A DNA stretch of 64,000 nucleotides from NCBI GenBank assembly GCA_965226375.1, contig CBDDCX010000005.1, positions 64,001-128,000 of the forward strand, read 5' to 3'. Below the pieces are notes generated by a model. It worked only from the letters and a program-made list of their open reading frames with translations, was not told the origin of the DNA and ran no database searches. The position numbers and the translations under genes are program-made. Positions 51,092 to 58,674 of the stretch are shown here, piece after piece. The stretch is from Longimicrobiales bacterium (GTDB taxonomy: Bacteria > Gemmatimonadota > Gemmatimonadetes > Longimicrobiales > Gaopeijiaceae). Positions within the stretch are counted from its first letter, which is position 1. Each line of letters opens with the position of its first letter.

Positions 51092-52486
51092 GGTCAAGTC
51101 CCGAGTTGTGTGTAAAAGTGAGAGGAAGCTCCTCGATGCTTCTGTTAGGCTGCCTTGGCGACCTCCTTCGGTTCGAGAAGCGTGAGATCCAGGTAGCGAC
51201 GTTCGCTCCAGGCCGCAGTAGTCCTTAGAGCAACCGCAGTGATGAGGCGGAGCGCGCTGGCTCGGTCGGGGAAGGCGCCGGCGCTCCGGATCCGACGCTT
51301 GATCTCGGTGTGCAGGCGCTCGAGGCTGTTCGTGGTGCGCAGTCGGGCCCAGTGGGGCTCGGGGAACGCGTAGAACTGGGTGGCGGCCGTGAAGCCCCGC
51401 TCAAGCACGTTGACTGCCTCGGGGAGCTCCTTGTGCCAGCGCGCCGTGATCTCGGCCAGGCGCTTCTTCGACTCAGCGAGCCCGGGGGCCCGGAAGACGG
51501 CGGCAACCTCGCGCGCCACACGCTTGCGCAGGCGATGCGGGACCTTGGCCAGCACGTTGCGTTGCAGGTGGACAGTACAGCGCTGGCAGCGCACCTCGGG
51601 CAGGAAGCGGCGCACCGCGGCTGCCAGGCCCGCGTGCTCATCCGCGATCACGAGCTGGACGCCGCTGAGACCACGCTCCAGGAGTTGCTCGAGGAGCTCC
51701 GACCAGCTGTTCTCCGATTCCTCAGGGCCCAGCGTGATGCCCAGGAGCCGGCGGTGGCCGTCCGGGCCCACGGCGTAGGCCACGAGCGCGCTCACGTTCT
51801 CGACCTTTCGGGCCCAGCGGGCATCGAGGAACGTCGCGTCCAGGTACAGGTAGGGGTGGGCCCCCTCGATGGGTGCACTCCGCAGCGTTTGCACGCCCTC
51901 GTCGAGCCGCTTCGCGACCCGGCTCACCGTCGAGCGTCCCACGCGCTCACCCATGAGTGCCTCGGTCACGTCGCCCATCTTGCGCTGCGACACGCCGCTC
52001 ACGTAGGCCTCCACCATCATCGCATCGACTTCTTCACTCCTGCGCTGGTAGCGACCCATCACGTCGGCGGGCGAGCCGCCTTCCCGGCTGCGCGGGACCG
52101 TCACGTCGATCTGACCCAGGCTCGTAAGCAGGCGCCTCAGATACGTCCCGTTCCTGTGGCCCTTCCGGCTGCCGACCCGCTCGAATCGTCGCGCTCCGAC
52201 CATCGCCTTCAACTCCTCCTCCAACACCATCTCGAGCGTTAGCCGGATCGCGCCCTGAAACAGCGACTTCAAATCCTGACGCAGCTCGTCTTGCGTGGCC
52301 CGCTCAACTTCGACCATCTTTTCCATGAGGAAGCTCCTTGTTCCGGTTCCGACCTGCTCACGCAGGCCGGACTCCCGGGTTCATGTGATGATGAACAATT
52401 CACAAGGAGCTTCCTCTTTCTTTTCCGGGCTGTCCACCCTCCTCGGACGCCCTCACCCCCTTTTACACAATCTTAGTGACACTACC
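51092..52486 (-). mobile_element. IS256-family insertion sequence, complete (1395 bp), 8-bp target duplication CGGGAGGA
   Basis: Imperfect 27-bp IRs GGTCAAGTCCCGAGTTGTGTGTAAAAG and GGTAGTGTCACTAAGATTGTGTAAAAG. CGGGAGGA is present at 51084-51091 and 52487-52494. Confidence 0.95.
51145..52326 (-). CDS. IS256-family DDE transposase
   Basis: RNGTYLR, VPRSREG, YLYLDA, VIADEHAGL, QRCTVHLQRN, RTTNSLERLHTEIKRR. Confidence 0.96.
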   Translation of the reverse strand: MEKMVEVERATQDELRQDLKSLFQGAIRLTLEMVLEEELKAMVGARRFERVGSRKGHRNGTYLRRLLTSLGQIDVTVPRSREGGSPADVMGRYQRRSEEVDAMMVEAYVSGVSQRKMGDVTEALMGERVGRSTVSRVAKRLDEGVQTLRSAPIEGAHPYLYLDATFLDARWARKVENVSALVAYAVGPDGHRRLLGITLGPEESENSWSELLEQLLERGLSGVQLVIADEHAGLAAAVRRFLPEVRCQRCTVHLQRNVLAKVPHRLRKRVAREVAAVFRAPGLAESKKRLAEITARWHKELPEAVNVLERGFTAATQFYAFPEPHWARLRTTNSLERLHTEIKRRIRSAGAFPDRASALRLITAVALRTTAAWSERRYLDLTLLEPKEVAKAA

Positions 52487-52528
52487 CGGGAGGATGCGGG
52501 GTGGGGTGTTTCGGGGCGGTTCTGACTC

Positions 52529-52567
52529 AGGTCCGGTTGGCTCGTTTGAGCTGGCCGGGCCTTTTTC
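52529..52567 (+). terminator. Rho-independent terminator on the + strand
   Basis: AGGTCCGGTTGGCTC-GTTT-GAGCTGGCCGGGCC followed by TTTTTC; G-U pairs favour the + strand. Confidence 0.75.
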
Positions 52568-52571
52568 TTGC

Positions 52572-53501
52572 TCAGTCCGTCTTCGGCTCGCAGACCCGGT
52601 TCCGCCCTACGGCCTTTGCCCGGAACAGGGCCTTGTCCGCCATCGTGAACAGCGCCTCCGGAGAGGCCGTGTCGTCGGGACAGCACGCGTAACCACCCGA
52701 CATCGTGACCCTCAACTCGAAGTCCACCGGTGGCCGAGCTTCGGCCACCACGTCCACCAGGCGCTGGGTGACCATGTGGGCCACTTTGCCCTCGGTGCTC
52801 GGCGCCAGAATGGCGAACTCCTCGCCGCCGATTCTGAAGGGTGTGTCGGCCGAGCGTGTGTGCTCGGTCAGGAGCCGACCGATCCAACCCAGGACCACAT
52901 CTCCCACGTCGTGACCGAAGGTATCGTTGATCGACTTGAACTGGTCCAGATCGAGTAGGATCAGGGAGAAGCGCTCTTCGTAACGCAGGGCCCGATCCAC
53001 TTCCTCCTTGCTGCGCTCCCGATAGGCCCGGCGGTTCAGCAGCCCGGTGAGTGGGTCGCGCATGGCCTTGTCACTGAGTGAGCTGATGTGCTCGTCCGCG
53101 CTGCGGATACGAATCGAGAGGCTTTCGATGAGTTGGATGGCCACGGGTGGCGCCTCGAGTATCACGTTGCGGAAGTCGTCCTGCTCGAGGACCAGAAGTT
53201 CGACGTCCTCCATGGCCTCGACCGTCGCGCTCCGAGGCTTGTCGTTCAGAAGGGCCATCTCACCGAAGAAGTCCCCTGGACCCAACCGGGCCAGCTCGAA
53301 GTTGGAGCTGCGCGCGGGGTAAAGCACCCGCACCTGTCCTTCGAGAATGACGAAGAGCGAGATCCCCGAGTCACCCATCTCCACGATCTTGGCGCCCGTC
53401 GGGAACGAGGCGATCCGTGTAAGGCTCCCCAGCTTCTTGACGGCCTCTGGATCGAGCCCTTCGAAGAGCGGTACGCGGAGAAGGTGTTCGGTTGCGTCCA
53501 T
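52572..53501 (-). CDS. cNMP-binding domain diguanylate cyclase
   Basis: FGEMALL..PRSATV phosphate-binding cassette; DPLTGLLNRR, DLDQFKSINDTFGHDVGD, RSAD I-site, GGEEF. Confidence 0.93.
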   Translation of the reverse strand: MDATEHLLRVPLFEGLDPEAVKKLGSLTRIASFPTGAKIVEMGDSGISLFVILEGQVRVLYPARSSNFELARLGPGDFFGEMALLNDKPRSATVEAMEDVELLVLEQDDFRNVILEAPPVAIQLIESLSIRIRSADEHISSLSDKAMRDPLTGLLNRRAYRERSKEEVDRALRYEERFSLILLDLDQFKSINDTFGHDVGDVVLGWIGRLLTEHTRSADTPFRIGGEEFAILAPSTEGKVAHMVTQRLVDVVAEARPPVDFELRVTMSGGYACCPDDTASPEALFTMADKALFRAKAVGRNRVCEPKTD

Positions 53502-53609
53502 ATGGAAAAACGGTGGTAGGAGACAGACGTTTCGAAGGACGTTCGAAGATAAGGAGCGGTCCGAGGGGGCGCCACGAGCCCTCGATCCGGTCGGGCACGC
53601 GCATCGCGA

Positions 53610-54599
53610 TCAAACGAAGGCTGTCGGATAGCCCCCGGTGTGCCAAAAAATCAGGCGATCGCCCGAGGGCACTCTATCCATTCGAGCCCAGTCAAGCAGG
53701 GCTGCGGCTGTCTTGGCCGTGTAGACGGGATCCAACAGCACTCCCTCGGTGCGTGCCAGCAGCGACGTGGCTTCGTCCGAGTGTTCAGTCGGAATCCCGT
53801 ACCCGTCTCCGATGTACTGTCCGGTGGGCATGAGGAGATTCGGTGGTAACGAAACGGAAGTGTTCAACAGCTCGGCAGTGCCTTGGCACAGATTCTCCGT
53901 AAGAGCTTGGATCTCCTCGACATCGACGTCCGGGCTCACGCCGACCAACCGCACGTCGGTCCGCTCCAACAGGGCGAAGCCGACAGCCAGCCCTGCATAG
54001 GTGCCACAAGAGGAGGCGGAGACGAAGATCCACGTGGTCCCCGTCGCGGGAAGCGTCTGCAGTTGGTCCGCGATCTCTACCGCGGCCCGCACGTAGCCCA
54101 GGCATCCAAGAGGTGTCGAAGCACCGAGGGGGATGACGACCGCTTTGCCTCCGCCGGCCTCGACCTGGGCGGCCACCTCTGCCATGGCCGGGTCGCGGTC
54201 CTCTCGTGTGTCGACCGGGTGGATTTCGGCTCCGAGAAGCTTGTGTAGGTATGCGTTGCCGGTCGGAGGGTGAGGAATGTCACCGTTCACGATCAGAATG
54301 CACCGAAGGCCCAGCCGGGCTGCTGCCGCCGCGGTCAGGCGGGCGTGATTGGATTGCGGACCGCCGCACGTGATGACGCAGGTCACCCCCTCCAGACGTG
54401 CCGGGGCCAGCTCGAACTCCAGCTTTCTGGCCTTGTTGCCTCCCAGCCCGAAGGATGTCTCGGCGTCCATCTTCAGGAGCACATCGGACGGTTCTCGTCC
54501 CAGGATCCGCGCCAGGTTGGGTGCTTGGAGCAGGGGTGTAGGCTCCCTGACGAATGAGCTCCGGGGCCACGCCTGGAGCCGTGCGAAGACGTCGTTCAA
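53610..54599 (-). CDS. D-cysteine desulfhydrase / ACC deaminase family PLP enzyme
   Basis: GGNKARKLEF, GGPQSNHAR, LDPVYTAK, FWHTGG. Confidence 0.9.
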   Translation of the reverse strand: MNDVFARLQAWPRSSFVREPTPLLQAPNLARILGREPSDVLLKMDAETSFGLGGNKARKLEFELAPARLEGVTCVITCGGPQSNHARLTAAAAARLGLRCILIVNGDIPHPPTGNAYLHKLLGAEIHPVDTREDRDPAMAEVAAQVEAGGGKAVVIPLGASTPLGCLGYVRAAVEIADQLQTLPATGTTWIFVSASSCGTYAGLAVGFALLERTDVRLVGVSPDVDVEEIQALTENLCQGTAELLNTSVSLPPNLLMPTGQYIGDGYGIPTEHSDEATSLLARTEGVLLDPVYTAKTAAALLDWARMDRVPSGDRLIFWHTGGYPTAFV

Positions 54600-54728
54600 A
54601 TTTGGCTGGTGTTTAGATGTATGTTAGCTGCCGGGCCAACGCCCGAGACCGGGGACACTAACGAGCACGCGGTCGGTCCGCGAGGGAGGATGACGCTTTC
54701 TCGGGATCCCGCTCAACTCTGAGCAGAC

Positions 54729-55823
54729 ATGCCGATACGAGCCGCTGTCATGACAGCGCCTGAAGCGCCCATGGAGATATGGGACCTTCCCGATCCGGAG
54801 GTCCAGGAGGGTGGCGTTCTTCTGGAGACGATCGCCAGCGAGGTGTGCGGAACGGATGTCCACCTACACCGTGGGCGCCTGGCCGGTGTGCCCTATCCTA
54901 TCGTTCCCGGCCACGTGAGTGTGGGGCGGGTGCTCGAGGCCCCCGGGGTGGAGCGAGATGCGCTTGATGAGCCACTGTCGAAGGGTGACGTGGTCACCTT
55001 TCTGGACGTGCACGAGGTCTGTGGATCGTGTTACCACTGCCTCGTGGTGCGTCAGCCCAACCGCTGTCCAAGTCGCAAGGTCTACGGGATCACTTACAGC
55101 GCCGAGGACGGGCCCTTCGGTGGCTGGGCGGAGCGCATCTACCTCCAGCCGGGCGTCCGTGTCCTCAAGCTGCCCGACGGGCTCGGTGCGGACGACGTCA
55201 TCGGCGGGGGGTGTGGTCTCTTCACGGGTTTTGCCGCCGTCGACCGCAGCGACCTCGCCATGGGCGACGTGGTGGTCGTGCAAGGCTGTGGTCCCGTGGG
55301 GTTGTCGGCGGCGGCCTTCGCCAACCTGCGGGGCGCGGGCCAAGTGATTCTCATCGGGGCCCCTGAGGCGCGTCTCGGGTTGGGAGCGACGTTAGGAGCC
55401 GACGTGGGCTTGGATCTTGCCGCCACCAGCGCCGCTGAGCGTGTGGCCGCCGTCAGAGATGCGACGGGGGGACGCGGTGCTGACGTGGTGATCGAGGCAT
55501 CGGGGAACCCGCAGGCAGTGCGGGAGGGCTTCGACGTGCTGCGCGACGGGGGGACGTACGTAGTGGCCGGACACTACACCGATGCGGGGGAGGTTCCCCT
55601 CAACCCCCACATCGATATCAATCGCAAGCACGCCATCATCAAGGGACAGTGGGGTACCGACTTTCATCATCTGGTGGGTGCCCTTCGTCTGCTTGGCCGG
55701 CACAGGGACCGGCTTCCGTTCGCTTCTGTGATCGGGGGACGCTACACCCTCGAGGAGGCTGGGCAAGCACTCGAGGATGTGGCGGAGTTGAAGGTGACGA
55801 AGGCCATTATCGCTCCGGCGTAA
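54729..55823 (+). CDS. Zinc-dependent medium-chain alcohol dehydrogenase
   Basis: CGTDVH, PGH, CGSCYHC...C structural Zn site, GCGPVG nucleotide-binding motif. Confidence 0.9.
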   Translation: MPIRAAVMTAPEAPMEIWDLPDPEVQEGGVLLETIASEVCGTDVHLHRGRLAGVPYPIVPGHVSVGRVLEAPGVERDALDEPLSKGDVVTFLDVHEVCGSCYHCLVVRQPNRCPSRKVYGITYSAEDGPFGGWAERIYLQPGVRVLKLPDGLGADDVIGGGCGLFTGFAAVDRSDLAMGDVVVVQGCGPVGLSAAAFANLRGAGQVILIGAPEARLGLGATLGADVGLDLAATSAAERVAAVRDATGGRGADVVIEASGNPQAVREGFDVLRDGGTYVVAGHYTDAGEVPLNPHIDINRKHAIIKGQWGTDFHHLVGALRLLGRHRDRLPFASVIGGRYTLEEAGQALEDVAELKVTKAIIAPA

Positions 55824-56499
55824 TCGGAGTGACGAAGATCTTGCCTGCCAGGTCGGACCCGATGACTTCGGTGCCCTTGGCGTCGGCCACGGCCACGGTG
55901 AGGGGACCGTCGGAATCGCCCTGGTCCACCACCGTAAGACGCGTTCCCGGAATCAAACCCAAAGCCTGCATATACCGCAGGCGCTCCGGATCTTCGTCTT
56001 GCACCGCTTTTATCTGGACCGTGGCTCCGGGACCCACCTGGTCGAGGGTGGCAAAGTCGGAGGGCTCGATCTCACCGGTCCGTGTGGGGATGGGAGCCCC
56101 GTGTGGATCGTGGCTGGGATATTCCAACGCGGCTGCCATACGGTCGATCAGTTCCTCGGACGCAGCGTGCTCCAGACGCTCGGCCTCGGCGTGGACGTCA
56201 TCCCAGGAGTAGCCCAGCTGAACGTTGAGATAGGTCTCTAGAATACGGTGCCGCCGGATGATCCTCAGCGCCTCGCGAGTACCCATTTGGGTTAGTCGCA
56301 CCCCGCGATAGCGGGCGTGTTCGACGTACCCGCTCTCGGCCAGGCGCTTCACCATCCCGGTTACGGACGCGGGCTGGACATCGAGAGCCGCAGCGAGGGA
56401 ATTCGTGGAGGCGGCCTCGCCACGCTCGGTGAGGGAGTAGACCGCCTTGAGGTAGTCCTCTACCGATCGAGTGAGGAGCGTACGAACTGGGTCTTCCAT
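55807..56499 (-). CDS. mntR: DtxR/MntR metal-dependent transcriptional regulator with FeoA domain
   Basis: EDYLKAVY, ASVTGMVKRL, RRHRILETYL, EAERLEHA, DPHGAPIP. Confidence 0.9.
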   Translation of the reverse strand: MEDPVRTLLTRSVEDYLKAVYSLTERGEAASTNSLAAALDVQPASVTGMVKRLAESGYVEHARYRGVRLTQMGTREALRIIRRHRILETYLNVQLGYSWDDVHAEAERLEHAASEELIDRMAAALEYPSHDPHGAPIPTRTGEIEPSDFATLDQVGPGATVQIKAVQDEDPERLRYMQALGLIPGTRLTVVDQGDSDGPLTVAVADAKGTEVIGSDLAGKIFVTPITPER

Positions 56500-56631
56500 A
56501 CGTAAACATGTGCGAAGCCCAGACGCGTGGAAACCCCGGGGACCGCCTCCGGATCGGGGCTCTCCCGTCTCTTGGGCCCGCTTTTGTCCCTTGTGTTGGC
56601 GTCACCAATGAGAACCGCCTATGATGCCCTC

Positions 56632-57045
56632 ATGAGCTATGAGACCACCACAAAGGGCATTCGGGTGTCCGTGAGACCGAGCTTCTCCTTGTCGCACTCC
56701 GAGCCGGCTGAGGGCAGGTTCGTTTTCACCTATCTCGTCGAGCTGGAGAACCAGGGCGATGAGCCGGCGACGTTACTGTTTCGTCACTGGCATATCCATG
56801 ACGCCCAGGGCGAGGACTCGGAAGTGGACGGTGAAGGAGTCGTCGGTGAGCAGCCCACGCTGAAACCCGGCAACTCCCACGCATACGAGAGTTTCTGCGT
56901 TCTGCACTCCCCGGCGGGCTTCATGGAGGGGTACTACACCTTCGTGGGTCCGGACGGCCAGGAGTTCGAGGTCACCATTCCGCGCTTCGATCTCGAGGCG
57001 CCTCTCACCGCAAGTGCGCCTGACGACCCCGACTTGATGAACTGA
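56632..57045 (+). CDS. apaG: ApaG protein
   Basis: FVFTYLVELEN, RHWHIHD, VDGEGVVGEQP, YESFC, GFMEGYY. Confidence 0.93.
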   Translation: MSYETTTKGIRVSVRPSFSLSHSEPAEGRFVFTYLVELENQGDEPATLLFRHWHIHDAQGEDSEVDGEGVVGEQPTLKPGNSHAYESFCVLHSPAGFMEGYYTFVGPDGQEFEVTIPRFDLEAPLTASAPDDPDLMN

Positions 57046-57070
57046 CGGCCTGCTGCAGAGCGTCCCGCGG

Positions 57071-58353
57071 CTACGTCGCTGGGGATGCCTCCGAGATCGT
57101 TTCTGATCCAGGCGGCTCCGACCGCCAAAGGAATAGCAGCGGGGGCAGAAGGATCAAGAGGCCTGCCAGGCCGAGATTTCGGCGAAGTTCCCTGACCTCC
57201 GGGCCATGATGGGCCCGATGAGGACCAGAGTGGCTCCGTCGGGAGTGCGCGCCGCCGAGTAGAATCGGGTTTCGGTTTCGAGTGCCAAGACGCCGGATGA
57301 CGTGAAGTTCGGGGGCGGAGGGCGCAATTCAGCGAGTGCGTCGATCAGATCGGCTTCGTCTCGCGTCGTCGCCTCGACGCTACCCGCCCGGAGCCGGGCC
57401 GCATCGAATCCGGTGATGGCGCCCGCGGCGGATGCCGAGCCTATCTGATCGACCTGTTTAACCAGGATGATCGCCCGATTGAGCTGGTCCCGCATACTCA
57501 CGGTGGCACTCTGCCGGTAGTCTCGATCGAGAGATAGAACGATGGCTACACCGGCCATTACCGGTACCAGCACGACCAGGGACCACTGCAGGGTCGAATG
57601 CTCCAGTTGCGCGGTGCCGGGAACCACGGGATCGCGAGGGTGGAGGGTGGTCCAGGCCGCGAACCCCGACAACAGCAAGACCACGAACAAGACTGTGACG
57701 GGGGCGCTCACGTCACCGGCCACGACGTCCGTGTTCTCCTCCTCCGCGGCCAGCACGGCAACGTCCGACGGGCGGCCGGGGATCGCCTGAAAGGCACGTA
57801 GGGTACCCGTCACTCCGTCCGACTCCAGTACCATCCCGTCGGTTTGGCGGGCCAGAGCGAGCAGCACGTCCGGATGTAGCGCTTCGGGGCTGAACGGAGG
57901 CTCTGTGGTCACCGTACGGGTTCCCCGCAGGTAGAGGGCCAACCGGTACCCCGTGATACTCGTAAGCTCTTCGAGCACCGTAGGCCGGAAGGGTCCGGTA
58001 GCGATCCTCACCAGAGGCCCCTCTCCGTACAGCACCGTGAGCTCGAGGCTCTCTTCGGAGCTGCCGAGCGCCAGCACGGTGTCGCCACGTAACGCCGCTT
58101 CGACCCCGGGTGGGTAGGGAAGGGACGGCTCGACGGCCTCCGCCTCATTCAGCAGAGCGTCGCGTGCGGCGCCCATCTCTTGCAGAATCACATCCGTGGC
58201 CGAGGCCGCGATGCGGAGATCGGCGTCTCTTTGCAGCCGTTCGAATGCCGACGCCGTAACCCAGAGACCCACTAGGACACCAATAGCGACCGGAAGCAAG
58301 ACGGCGCTAGCGTAGCGGACCAGCGGTGTCACGCGCAGGTTCTCCGTTGGCAT
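57071..58353 (-). CDS. Hypothetical multi-pass membrane protein with two extracytoplasmic domains; probable frameshift near 57200
   Basis: TM-domain-TM-TM-domain layout. A final TM helix (LGLAGLLILLPPLLFLW) lies in another frame ending at 57071. Confidence 0.6.
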
Positions 58354-58421
58354 AAGTAACGGATGCAGCTAGTTTTAGCCGATTTCACGTTGATGGTCCA
58401 AGGCTGGTCTTGAGAGGTCAA

Positions 58422-58622
58422 GTGTCCGATTCAGTAGTCGTTGATGCCAAGCGCATCCTCCTGCGCTACGGCGCCCCGATCAACATCTTGGACAACGTCT
58501 CGGATGAAGACCGCATCGTCCTGGCAAGAGCCATTGCGAAGACGAACTTGCCTGAGCGTGAGGTTCGTCTGAAAGAGCTCCTCGCGGAGGGTGGATACTC
58601 TGGGGACGCAGATTCCGACTGA
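58422..58622 (+). CDS. Small hypothetical protein
   Basis: GTG after GAGAGG; helical protein-like sequence DAKRILLRYGAPI. Confidence 0.6.
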   Translation: MSDSVVVDAKRILLRYGAPINILDNVSDEDRIVLARAIAKTNLPEREVRLKELLAEGGYSGDADSD

Positions 58623-58674
58623 GTCCTGACATTCAGGTCCATCGGCCTTTCTTGGGGTCCGGCCGTAAGGCGCA

